The position numbers were made by a program, and so were the translations under genes. Positions 22,883 through 34,950 of a stretch of 64,000 nucleotides of DNA are shown in pieces. The DNA is from Leucoraja ocellata (Eukaryota), in NCBI GenBank assembly GCA_036785375.1, contig JAWMAR010000131.1, positions 372,001 through 436,000 on the forward strand, given 5' to 3'. The notes beneath the pieces were generated by a model. That model was not told the origin of the DNA and did not search any database. It worked only from the letters and a program-made list of their open reading frames with translations. Within the stretch, counting starts at the first letter, position 1. Every line of letters starts with the position of its first letter.

Positions 22883-25800
22883 TTTATGTCCCCGAAGAAG
22901 ACTTAAAGACGGGAGAACTGAGAGAAGGAGAAGATGGCAGCCCTTCTGCAGAGGAGTTACAAGGCAATGGTTACATGTGCACGGAGGAAGAGGAGGAGGA
23001 GGAGGAAGACAGCAAAGGCAGCTACAGTTACCAGAATTCCCCAATTAGTGCAATGTCCAACCAAGATGCAGAGTGCGAGTCGCACATAAGTGATACCAGT
23101 GATAGGTTGGCTGATTTTAAAAGTATTTCTTCCCGGGACGGGCAAGAAAAGGAAGAGCAGTCGAATGGAGAGACGAAGAATGGCCAACAGAACAGTTTGG
23201 GGGCAATGAGAGCCGTTTATGCTAGCTTTCTCTCCGATTCGTATTGGTCAAGTCTAGGCTTTGACCTCAAACAATCAAAGGCTGAAAGGACGAGCTGCAA
23301 AAGCAGCAATGAGAGCACCAAAAGTAGCTTTGATTGGCACCAAGATGCATTATCCAAAACATTTCAACAGACCTCCTCTTGCAGACCCATGCCGAAACCA
23401 AATCTTTTCAGTTCGGTGCAGTTGTACAGGCAAAATAACAAGTTGTTTGGGACTGTTTTCACAGGCGCCAGTAGGTTTCGCTGCAAAGAATGCAGTGCAG
23501 CATATGACACTTTGGTAGAACTAACCGTGCACATGAATGACACAGGCCATTACCAAGACAATAACCACAAAAAAAAATTGGACCACAACACCAGTTGGAC
23601 AAAGTCACGGAAACGAGCCTTGCAGGATATGGATGGTATGCATGATGCCCAGAAAGTGTTAAAGTGCATGTACTGTGGTCATTCTTTTGAGTCCCTTCAA
23701 GATTTGAGCGTTCATATGATTAAAACAAAACATTACCAGAAAGTGCCTCTGAAGGAACCAATGCCACCAATCGGATCAAAGTTAGTCCCTCCCACTAAAA
23801 AGCGGGCCCAGCATGAAGTCAATCAGCCTTGTTCACCGGATTCAACCACTGGAGTTGCAGGGACATTCACAGGCGAAGCACACAAGAATTCAAACCCCTA
23901 CGTGTCGTCTAACAATCGGTACGGTTATCAAAATGGCGCCAGCTACACCTGGCAATTTGAAGCCTGCAAGTCGCAAATTCTGAAGTGCATGGAATGCGGA
24001 AGCTCTCATGATACCCTGCAGCAACTCACAGCCCACATGATGGTGACGGGGCACTTCCTTAAGGTAACAAACTCTGCATCGAAAAAGGGAAAGCAGATTG
24101 TTTTTGACCCTTTGGCCATGGACAAAGCCCAGTCCATCACAGAAGCACCGTCAAACGAGATCCAGCCTCTGGCACCAGTCAGCAAATTGCCGCCAGATTC
24201 CTTAACTCCACCCGCGGTTGAAGATAACAAAAGTGAAGAAAAGCAAGAGATAACAGAGAACGTGGAGAAATCACCTCAAGACAAAGACGATTGCAAGGGG
24301 GACAATCCAGAGAAGATGTTTGGCTCCACGCTTCAATATCAATACATAAGAGAAGAAGATCTGGAGGAGAGCTCGAAGGGAGGTGGTGACATTCTCAAGT
24401 CACTTGAAAACACTGTTGCTTCAGCCATCAACAAAGCCCAAACTGGGAGTCCCAGCTGGAGTGCATATCCCAGCATCCATGCTGCCTACCAGCTTCCAGG
24501 AATCATTAAGCCTATGCAACTTGGTACTCAGATATTGCAAGTTAAGCCAAACCTGAAACCTATAGCTCCAAAAGTCAGGTATTTCTCTGTAATTACAAGC
24601 AGCCAAAACCAAGGGCTTCAGTCCAACAATGACCAAATCAAGGAGGAACCAATTAGCCCGGTTCACGAACAGATTTCATCCAAGCTGGAAGAAAGCAATA
24701 TCGAGAAAAAGGATCCAAAGTTAAACCTCCAGTCTGCGCTGCTTTTGTCATGTAAAAAGGAAAGTGAGAGCCCAATAAAGTCAGAGACCCTCACTGATCT
24801 CCCAAAGGCAGACTCGCCTTGTTTGAAAGAAGCTGAAGAAGTGAAGCAAATCTTCAAGAACGAGCCTGTAAAGAGTGAAGCAGGATCTCCAAATTTTTCT
24901 TTAACCAATGGATGTTCTGGACTAACAGTCATCACAGATCACCCATCTGAACACCTTTCAGTCAGCCCACTTAGTGCACTGCAGTCGATAATGAATACTC
25001 ACCTTGGCAAAGCGGCCAAGCCCCTGACCTCAAACCTAGACCCTGTAACGATGCTTTGTAGACTCAATAAGAGCCTGCTGGAGAAATCAGCTTCACCGCC
25101 AAGTTTAATAAAGCCATCCAATATTGCTAATAGTTATTACTACGAAAGCAGTGATCAGCCAATAGATCTCACCAAATCGAAGAGTGGCAAGGCCATCCAC
25201 TCAAACGCTATCAAACCCTTTACTTCGTTACCTTCCAAACACGTGCTATCTGATATTGCTGATATGGTAAAGGTCCTCCCAAAAGGTACGACACCAAAAC
25301 CTTCTACCTCATCAAAGATGTCAGCGGAAAGGTTAGAGACCGACGTGAGGAGCTTTGAAGATGTGTCAATGGATTTTTTACCTGTTCAGAAACGAAAAGG
25401 TAGGCAGTCAAACTGGAATCCACAACATCTTCTTATTCTGCAGGCCCAATTTGCTGCCAGTCTGTGGCAAACAGGAGAAGGCAAATATTTATTATCTGAT
25501 CTAGGTCCACAAGACCGAATGCATATTTCAAAGTTTACTGGACTCACCATGACCACCATAAGTCACTGGCTTGCCAATGTAAAATATCAATTGAGAAAGA
25601 CAGGTGGAACGAAGTTCCTTAAGAACTTAGATACAGGGCATCCAATTTTCTACTGCAATGATTGTGCCTCCCAGTTTAGGACTCCTTCCAGTTATATTGG
25701 TCATTTGGAATTCCATTTGGGCTTCACTATGAAAGATATGGCAAAGATTTCTGTACAGCATGCAAGAGGGGAGCAAGAAGTTTCAAAGGTGTCATCTGAG

Positions 25801-25971
25801 AAGTCAGTGAGACCAACTGTAGCAGATGAGGACACAGGCAGCAAGTTCCAGTGTAATCTGTGCAAACGAACTTTTGCTAGCAAGCATGCAGTAAAACTGC
25901 ATCTCAGCAAAACACATGGGAAATCACCAGAGAATCATTCGCAGTATGTAACTGAAATAGAGGAAGAGTAG
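22883..25971 (+). CDS. TSHZ2: Main coding exon of teashirt zinc finger homeobox 2 (N-terminal exon 1 lies outside the window)
   Basis: Long open frame with three teashirt C2H2 fingers (CKEC..HMNDTGH, CMYC..HMIKTKH, CMEC..HMMVTGH), the CtBP motif PIDLT (25159-25173), an atypical homeodomain RKGRQSNWNPQHLLILQAQF..ISHWLANVKYQL and two C-terminal fingers. FDWHQDALSK, FEACKSQ, SKGGGDILK and SWSAYPS match TSHZ2 as I recall it rather than TSHZ1/3. The exon starts after tttatgtttcAG, phase 1, reading (V)YVPEEDLK. Confidence 0.93.
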
Positions 25972-25977
25972 CATCTC

Positions 25978-25986
25978 CAGGTGAGC
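25978..25986 (+). promoter_or_regulatory. Putative 5' splice donor 9 nt after the stop codon (3'-UTR intron)
   Basis: TAG catctcCAG|GTGAGC, near-consensus donor with GT at 25981. Confidence 0.65.
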
Positions 25987-28596
25987 ATCAAAACTGTTTC
26001 CATTATCTTCAGTCATTTAAATGTCACATTATGAAGGTGAGTCACTCAAACGTGTGTTGAGCAAAAAACATATTCCATAAAATTGCAGTAAGCAAGAGAA
26101 GTAGGTAGCTTTTCTAAAAGTTATTTTGCTTTTTAAATTTGGAGCATATTTCCAATGACCATGGTATCATGATAGACAGTGGTTTGCTGTACTTTAAATT
26201 GATTATATTCTGGTGTGTTTGTGAAATTCTATGCAATGTTCTTGATTGTTAGTTTCTCAGAATGAAGTGCCCTTCATCCCATTCTTACTGTTAACGACAT
26301 TCTATCTTGTCAACTTCTATCATAGTTTCAGCTATTTACAAAGGTATTTATTCTGACTTTTAATGGTCTCCCAGGCAGTTTGGACATAGAAGAGCCAAAA
26401 CCTACTAGTAATTCTGAGAATGTGTTCACGAGCAAGTCAATCAAACAATAGCAGAGAAACAGACTGATACCAAATAAACAGTCCATTTAGTACAGTGCCA
26501 GGTTTACTTTTCCATTAAAATCAATGTTAAAGGAAATTGGGCGCAGTGTAAAAGGCACTGCTCATTCATTCAGGGTCCATTTTGTGCTACTGGCTTTGAC
26601 AACTTTCACCATAAAAATGTATTTCCACTGCAAACAGTGTTTCAGAATCAGCTGACTAACAGCACGTGCAACACATTTGTCTCTAATATTACATTTTTTA
26701 AATCTGCTTTTTGCTGTTATTGCATAAATATTCTCAAATAAAAAAATAGGTTTATATAAATGGGTATAATTGTTTATATCATTAAATAATTCCTAAGTAC
26801 AGAAATTAATATTTGATGCCTGGTGCTTCTCAGAATAAAAATCTCTGTAAATAATATTTGTGATAAATCCATTTTCTTGAGTCTATTTCAAAAGGATGAT
26901 AGAAATAACTGTGCCTTGTTTTGTTTTTAATGTTTATTGAATGATCAAGATCATGTTGTTCATGAAACTGTATAAATATAAATGTATATTATAGTAAGCC
27001 AACCCTTGCAGCTTTCTGTGGAAAAAATAATACACTAGGTATTTTTCATTCAACATCAGATAATGTATTGGAAATGGTTTTGCTGTGAAGAGCTGCAATG
27101 GTTAATGTAACGTTGGTTTATACAAATGGGGAAAAAAACAACTCAAGCAGTTGACACAGATGTAAGGTATAAAGCAAACGCTACACAGATTTTATTTGGA
27201 ATAGTCAACAGATGTTTGCTGTATCTGTATGTTTATCATATATAATCTGGCAGTCTCTCAGGTTATTATCCAGCAAAAGTAATACCGTTAGATATTTTGC
27301 CACATCATTAGTCATTGAAACGGATGAGAAATAGATTGTAATGGGGAAGATTGGTGGGTGTGCAGAAATGTGTCTTTGGTCACGAGAGTGAAACACATTG
27401 GAGAGTTTTAGCCACAGATTGAACTTGCCTCCTTAGATGGGTTGCAGTTGAACACGGTGGGGAGAGGTTGACAGTGAGTACAGTATGTATGTCCTGGCAT
27501 TTACTCTATTCAGCTATGTAGATCTTGAAGAGATTGTGTAGTCCAACTGGGTTATGAGGAAATGAGTCTTTGCTATTTGCCAGTACAGCTGAGACTTGTG
27601 TCCATCAGCCAAGTAGTATCTGTAGCTTCAATTGTAGCCTCAGAATGGACACCTGAGCAGCAAGTCAGAATCGATATGTAATGCTGGGAAGTGGGGAGAC
27701 AATGCAGGAGGGACAATGAAGAAGTAGAAGAGTCAATGACTGAACAGCAGACCTTCTCACCTTGATGTGGTTACAGAGACAAGGCCTATTAACTGGATAG
27801 TGGTTGAATATGGGCATAATTCTGGAATTGTCAAATCTAAAGCAGATGATACTTTTGACATTATAGACATTGGAATGTTGGGCCCACGCGCCCTTGTGCC
27901 AAGCGGGCATTTATCACCATTCAACATGCAAAGATTTTTTTATTTGGGAAACGAATCTGTTGTAGAATCTCAAAGGATAACCAGAGTGAGATAACATCAC
28001 CTTGCAGTCCATTTTTCCAAGCAATGGACTCCAAGAACCAGTGGATAACATTTTAAGCCGTTATTTCTATGTCAGTAGAATTTATACCAACATGGCTTTG
28101 ATCAGAGTTTTACATTGCCATGTAAATGTGCCTTGCTGACAGTCAATCTGATTATGAAGCAATTAGCCTTGATCAAACACCAGTTTTGAATTTCAATTCC
28201 AATTCTGAGGCTAAATAAGCCCACAACATTTGCTGCTTAAATTACTAATAATGGCTGGTATGGGGGACTTGCATCTAAAAGAAAATATCATTTAATTCTG
28301 TTTAAATTTTATGTCATATGTAATGTTTGCTGAATGAATGGTATTTATGTGCTATTTATACTCCAATCCATCCAATGCTGTAGAACTAAATTCTGAGGGA
28401 ATCGGGCTTTTTTGTAAAGTGATTGGAAACTAATGACTCTTAGAGCCTCTTTTCAAAGTAAAATTTGTATAAAGTCTTACCTCAAAAGTTCATTTCAGAA
28501 ATGTGTTTTGGGCACTTTAGGAGAACATTTAAGTTGTGATTTCACTTTATGATGCTTTTTATCAAACTAATATTAATTCATAAATTCTTGCTCCAG

Positions 28597-28910
28597 AGGC
28601 GACATGGTAGTGTTGCTGCCATACAGTGCTTGTGCTTACAGCACCAGAGGCCCGGGTTAGATCCTGGCTACGGGTACTGTCTATAAAAAGGTTTTACGTT
28701 CTCCTGACCGTGTGGGTTTTCTCTGGGAACTTCGGTTTCTTCCCACACTCCAAAGACATACAGGTTTGTAGGTTAATTGGCTTGGTAGATATGTAAAAAT
28801 CGGCCCTAGTGTAGGATAGTGTTAAGGTGCAGGGATTGCAGGTTGGTGCGGACTCGATGGGTCGAAGGGCCTGTTTCCGCGCTGTATCTCTAAACTATAA
28901 CTAAAGTAAA
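28597..28910 (+). mobile_element. HE1-like SINE
   Basis: Core and tail gggtcgaagggcctgtttccgcgctgtatctctaaact. Confidence 0.85.
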
Positions 28911-29393
28911 ACAAAATATCAAAGGATGTACTTTGCATCATTATCTTGCTCATTATGTATTCTACCACAGACGGCGAACTTTGAACATCTTAACTCCCTC
29001 ACCTTCTTAACTCACACTAATTTGCTTGCCATCCCACCTCTGCATCCCGTCTTACAATCTTCTCCTTAGATGTAATCATCACTCTCACATAAATAGCTTT
29101 CCTGAACCTGTCCCTCTTGTACCTTCTCACCACTTCATCTGATCCCCCCCATTAATATTCTTCCCTCCCTCTCCTCCAATCATCCCCTTCCACTTTACTG
29201 CGAATTTACAGAGACGAGGCCCATTAATTGGTTTCCAATATTGTGAACTCCTAGACATGAAATTGATCTGATATGTTGTCACCAAAGATTTCAGGAATAA
29301 TTATTTTTCTTATCTATTTATTCAGGAGAAAAATTAGGAATTTGAATTCTGGCCATTGCATTTTTTATGGCATTGAAGTATCAAATATCAATA

Positions 29394-29705
29394 TTAGTTT
29401 AGTTTAAAGATACAATGTGGAAACAAGCCATTTCCACCTAGTCCATGCTGACCAACGATCACCTGTACACTAGCTTTATGTTGTCCTACTTTTGCATCCT
29501 ACACACTAGGGACAATTTACAGAAGCCAATTAACCTACAAACCCGCATGTCTTTGGAATGTGGAAGGAAACTAGAGCACCCGGCGAAAACCAAAGCGGTC
29601 CCAGGGAGAACGAACAAACTCTATGCAGACAGCACCCTTAGTTAGAATTTTACCCGGATCTCTTGCATTGTAAAACAACAAATCTACCGCTGCACCAATG
29701 TGCTG
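29394..29705 (-). mobile_element. HE1-like SINE
   Basis: Reverse complement of the SINE consensus. Confidence 0.8.
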
Positions 29706-30182
29706 CTGTATGAATTGAATTTAAGCACGTGGGTCAAATTATTGACTCATTGATTCACACGGAAAAAAAAGTTTCCAACTGCATATTCTTGTTAAAATCT
29801 TTCCTTTACAAAGTTATTTGGCATTGCAATAATGTTGGTGTGAACAAGAACCCGACACTGACAATTTGAAATAAAAAGTACTACAAATACTCAGAAAGTC
29901 AATCAGGATCCAATGAATGCTCATTAATCTGAAACAAACTATTTTTCTCTGTCCAAGATATTGCCTGACCTGTTGAGTATTTTTCAGCACTTTCTGTTTT
30001 AATTAACATAGCTTAAATTTCAGAGTTGATGATGCGCCCTCATTTTTTTAAATGTCTAATTAGAAGTGCAAAATGACAGATACTTTAGGAATTAAATTGT
30101 TATTCTTAAAAGTTAACTGCTCAGGTTTTGGACCAAAATGAACAGTCAATCAATTGTATTCATACTATTCTAAGACGGGAAA

Positions 30183-30380
30183 TAATTGGTCATTTAAATT
30201 ATCAACAAAGATATTTCATTCATATAGCTACTTACAGAGACAGCCAGCTTCCTTATAATTGTTTTATTTCCATTTGCCTCCTGCTTTAACTTTTCTCATG
30301 AATCTTAATCGGCTATTGTCACATAAAAGCAATCCTTAAAATGGTGACAGCATTAAAAGAGAAGTTGTTGGCCATGACCA
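30183..30380 (+). repeat. Copy 1 of a diverged ~200-bp local duplication
   Basis: Colinear blocks shared with 32581-32789 (see findings). Confidence 0.75.
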
Positions 30381-30561
30381 TATGCAACACATGTAATGTA
30401 TCCCTCCTTTATTGAAGAAAGACAAGACTAAATATCTACATTACAGTTTAATCTCTGTCCACTGTACAGCCAGACCTGGGTTGAAGGACAGCGCTGCCTG
30501 AATTGTTCCAAATTAGCTGCCGTCCTCCAAAGGTCTATGTTTTTCTCTCACTGCGGGGTTA

Positions 30562-30960
30562 AGATTGAGGGGGGATCTTATAGAAACTTACAAAATTCTT
30601 AAGGGGTTGGACAGGCTAGATGCAGGAAGATTGTTCCCAATGTTGAGGAAGTCCAGAACAAGGGGTCACAGTTTAAGGATAAGGGGGAAATCTTTTAGGA
30701 CCGAGATGAGGAAAACATTTTTCACATAAGAGTGGTGAATCTCTGGAATTCTCTGCCACAGAAGGTAGTTGAGGCCAGTTCATTGGCTATATTTAAGAGG
30801 GAGTTAGATGTGGCCCTTGTGGCTAAAGGGATCAGGGGGTATGGAGAGAAGGCAGGTACAGGATACTGAGTTGGATGATCAGCCATGATCATATTGAATG
30901 GTGGTGCAGGCTCGAAGGGCCGAATGGCCTACTCCTGCAGCTATTTTCTATGTTTCTATG
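30562..30960 (+). mobile_element. Young CR1 (HER1-like) LINE 3' fragment
   Basis: RLRGDLIETYKILKGLDRLDAGRLFPML..TRGHSLRIRGKSFRTEMRKTFF..VVNLWNSLPQKVVEA; (TTTCTATG)n tail. Confidence 0.92.
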
Positions 30961-32013
30961 TTAATGGTGCATCTTGTAACTTCTTTTCGGTTTCCATCAA
31001 ACAAACCTCTGCGGTGTCCCAGAGAAATGGCATCTATTCCTCTGATTTAGGCTTCCCTCGTCCACCATTATCTCCAATAAGCTGGGGTATGGTGTATCTT
31101 AAATTGTCAATGTTTGATGCCAGATCTGGTATTATTCCGATGTGAGCTAAAACTGCGTATTAAGTGCCAATCAGTGGTAGGTTTTCTGTCGTATCCCTAT
31201 GGTAGTGTGCCTGAGTTTTTTCGTTTGTGTTCAGTTGCCTTTTTGAACTTGTTTTGCACATACAATTCCCTAATCCAGTCAGTAGTTAGGAGTAGAGTTC
31301 TAGTGTACCTCGTCATAAATCTTTCCATCTTCATCTGGGCTGGAGTCCTGCCAAGGGCAAAGATGCTCAAGTGGGACTGATTGAAATGAAATGGCCTTCT
31401 ACCACCCTTCTTGTCTATCTTCTGTGAATCGCGGTCTACTATCCATTGTCAGCACTGCAGGAATGTCATATCTTTGAGCAGATGAATGGCCACCAATGAA
31501 TCGATCTCCCAGCATTTAAGAGCGTCAACTGGATATGAAACAAATTTTCCCATCCAGATAAAATAGATTTAGATCAACTTCTGTGCAGAGTTTGAATGGG
31601 ACATTTCAAATGAAGCTTTTATCTTTGGTTTATCATTGGTTTCCTGAGATCAGAAGATCTTGTATTTTTGCATAAAGTCCCTGATTTCCCTTTTCATTCA
31701 TGTGCCTGGATAAGCATATGCACACACATCAATGAGTGGTGTGGCTGTAGAGGTTGTTCATGTTGAATCAATCTTCACAGTCCTGTCATGGTATAACTGT
31801 ATTCATTCCATCTACTTTAATGTATTAATTCCAAGAAAATTGTGACATCTTTCTGGTTTCTCAAAGTAATATGATTTCAGATGTGTGAGATCTTCAGATC
31901 TGTGAAATTGCAACTAACTGCAAATAATCTTAACTCTTTTCAGAAAAAACTGAAGCATTATCCATATTCCTAGTTCATGGATTGAACGAGTGTAATCAAT
32001 AGTTTCAGTTGTA

Positions 32014-32172
32014 AACACAAGGAACTGCAGGTCTGAATTATTTTAAAAAAAATGTTGGAGTAAGTCAGCGGGTCAGGCAGCATCTCTGAAGAACATGAAA
32101 CGGTGACGTTTTGAGTCGGGACACTTCTTCAGACGACGGTGACGTTTCAGGACAACGACCCGAAACGTCACC
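32014..32172. mobile_element. Fold-back Penelope-derived mini-element with perfect 14-bp TSD
   Basis: tagtttcagttgta at 32000-32013 and 32173-32186; minus-strand pLTR followed by a re-started and then inverted hammerhead segment. Confidence 0.85.
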
Positions 32173-32580
32173 TAGTTTCAGTTGTAGGCGGTTTTCATCC
32201 AATAAATTTCCCCGTATCTCATTTGTGGTCTTTGCATTTTTTAGACCTTTTCTTGTGCCCAATGTGATACAGTAAATCTTATATTTTATCTGTCGTGGCC
32301 CATTCAATATACAATGTACGTTTTTCCTTCGATTCTCTCCATTCCTTAGACAGGTTAAATGACAGAAAGTCTTATGGGTTGGGTGAATATATTTATTCTA
32401 TCCTCTGTTATCTCAATTAAAATGTACAGTTCGCTGTTGCATGGCAGGCATCGGGGCATTGTCTTAATTCTGAAGGATTGGATCTGGCAGTTGTATTCGG
32501 GTTCAGACAGTATCTAAAACCCATAATGACAACAAGCAGCACTTCTGGCACCAAGTCTCAGGATTCCCTTATTCACTCTC

Positions 32581-32789
32581 TAGTTGGTAATTTAAGCTAT
32601 CGGCAGAGGTACTTTGAGCACGAAACAGTTTACAGAGCTAGCCAGCGTCCTTACACTTATCTTCTTTACAATCACCTCTTTCTGGAACTTTCCTCATTAA
32701 AAACCTAGTGCAAAATCTTGATGTATGTCACATAAAGTAATCCCCATGGGGCTGACAGCATTAAAAGAACAATTAGTGTCCACAGACCA
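32581..32789 (+). repeat. Copy 2 of a diverged ~200-bp local duplication
   Basis: Colinear blocks shared with 30183-30380. Confidence 0.75.
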
Positions 32790-33394
32790 ACATTATATTA
32801 TGTTACATTAATTATTAAAGTGGAAATTTAAAAGCCCTGCAGTGACAGATTGAAAATAAAGGTCATAAGTTAAATCCTGTCACTGACTACCATGACAGGT
32901 CATGTAGTCTTAGACAACTGGACATTTTAAGGAAACTGGACTGGAAATTTAGGCTTAGGTTCCCCGTATAATTGATCTAAAATTTGCTCAATGATCAGTT
33001 TCATAAATGGTCTAGGGATACTTTGAAAACATTTCTGATCTATAATAGGTTTGTTCACATTTTGTTTTGTATGTTTCTGGTATTCACCCAAAAGAGGTGT
33101 TGACCTTGATATTTACTCAGAACCACAAAGAGAGCACAAAGAGAGAGTTGGATTTTTAAATGACATTCTCGGAAAAAAGTGCATCCAGTACGTCCTGCAG
33201 AAGGCAATGGCAGGTATCTTTCAAACATTCAGAACAGGTCTCTCGCCCAACAACCAGCCACTTTTGCAAAGTACTTTGCTACTTCACATGGGTACCCTTC
33301 CCTCAACCCAATGAGAAAAGGAGAAAAAACATTTATATGTTTACTTTTAACTTTGGTTAATTGCATTCATCTGAACATATCCTTCATAGTTGTG

Positions 33395-34250
33395 CAGGTA
33401 CAGCCCCAGACTTCACAACAGAAGTTCTTCAGGGCTGTATTGTAAGCCCAACCATCATCTTCTCACGTGCTTCATCACCTTCCCTCCACCTTTAGCTCCA
33501 AAGTGGGTATGTTTGCTGATGGGTCAATAATGTTCAATTCCATTCACAACTCCTTGGCAAATGAAATGGCCCATGCCACAGAAGTCACAAGTATCTTTTG
33601 GGTCTCTGATGTGCCGGATAAGAAAAAATCACCAAGAACAATTTTACGCATCTACCTTTGATATTCAGTGGCATTACCATTGCTGAGTATGCTACTGCCA
33701 CTGCCCAGCAACTCAACCGGACCAACCCTGTAAATGGGCACCTTGTGGCAAGTGAGGCGGGTCCTAATACCCAGGGCCTTTCCACTATCTACATGGCACA
33801 AATTGAAAGTATGATCGATTTCCAATGAGCACATCTCCAACAACTCTCATGAAACTCGCCATCCAGAACAAAGAGATTGCTTGACCGGGGCACCATCAAA
33901 CACGCCACCCAGTCATTCACTCCACCTCCATTTTGTGTTATTTACACAAAGCACTCCAATTACTCACCAAGGCTATTCTGACTGCCTCTCGGACTGAGAA
34001 GGGCAAGGGTAGGAGGTGCACAGGGACATCGCTTGCAGGTTCCCCTCCAAGTTAGGCACAATCTTTCATCATTACCAAGTCAAAGATCTTGTGTGTATTA
34101 CCCAATAGCAACATAGGGCAGCTTCACAGTGTGGATTGCAACAGTTCAACAAGGCAGATCACCACAAACTTCCAACGGGACAAGTAGGGATGTGCAATAA
34201 ATGCTGGTGTTGTCAACAACACCCAGATTCAATGAACAGATGAATAAATA
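33395..34250 (+). mobile_element. Old CR1-clade LINE (RT core to 3' tail)
   Basis: LPSTFSSKVGMFAD resembles DLPSIIRSEVGMFADD; tail caataaatgctgg..cacccagatt; same family as 11880-12700. Confidence 0.65.
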
Positions 34251-34568
34251 GAAAACCCTGAGTTGACTTCATAATCATTTAGAACTGTTGAGTCAGCATA
34301 TGTACAATATTTCCATTGGTGAAATAATTTGCAACATTATATGGATATAATTATATGAATGTATAAACGTATACAAATATAAATTATAATATGCATATTA
34401 CAAACAGGAAAAATGAATTATTTTGTCTGCACTGATTGGTGTATACAGTTTAGTTTAATTTACAAATCTACGGTTTCCTATGCGTTAATATAAAGATATT
34501 TAAGGAAATTAAATAGGTAGTCTCACTCCTATTCATATGACCTTCCCTTCCCACAGTCTCACCCTGTG

Positions 34569-34950
34569 GGATACGATACAATATGAAATAACTTTATTTA
34601 TCCCAGATGGGAAATGGATAAAAACACAAAAGACACGAAACATGAAATTAAAGTAACGAATGGAAAGGATTGGGGATGTGCAAAGATTGGGGAGAGGGGA
34701 GAGGGGTGGGGGAGGAGGGGAGTCGGTCTCAGTCTACCCCATGACAGAAAGGGGAGGAGATGTACAGTTTTATAGCCACAGGGAAGAACGATCCCCTGTG
34801 ACATTCTGTCCTGCATCTTGGTGGAACCAGTCTGTTGCTGAAGGTACTCCTCAGGTGGTGGACCAGTGTGTCATGGAGGGGGTGAGCTGTATTGTCCAAG
34901 GTCCAAGTTTGAGGAGCAGTCTTGCCTCCAAGACCACCTCCCATGAATCC
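34569..34950 (-). mobile_element. Rex1/Babar-like LINE 3' fragment
   Basis: LDNTAHPLHDTL..RSTFSNRLVPPRCRTECHRGSFFPVAIKLY. Confidence 0.8.

Noticed and set aside
24006-25910. Antisense ORFs within the TSHZ2 exon
   Set aside because: Short shadow frames expected opposite a long coding exon; no recognisable motifs.
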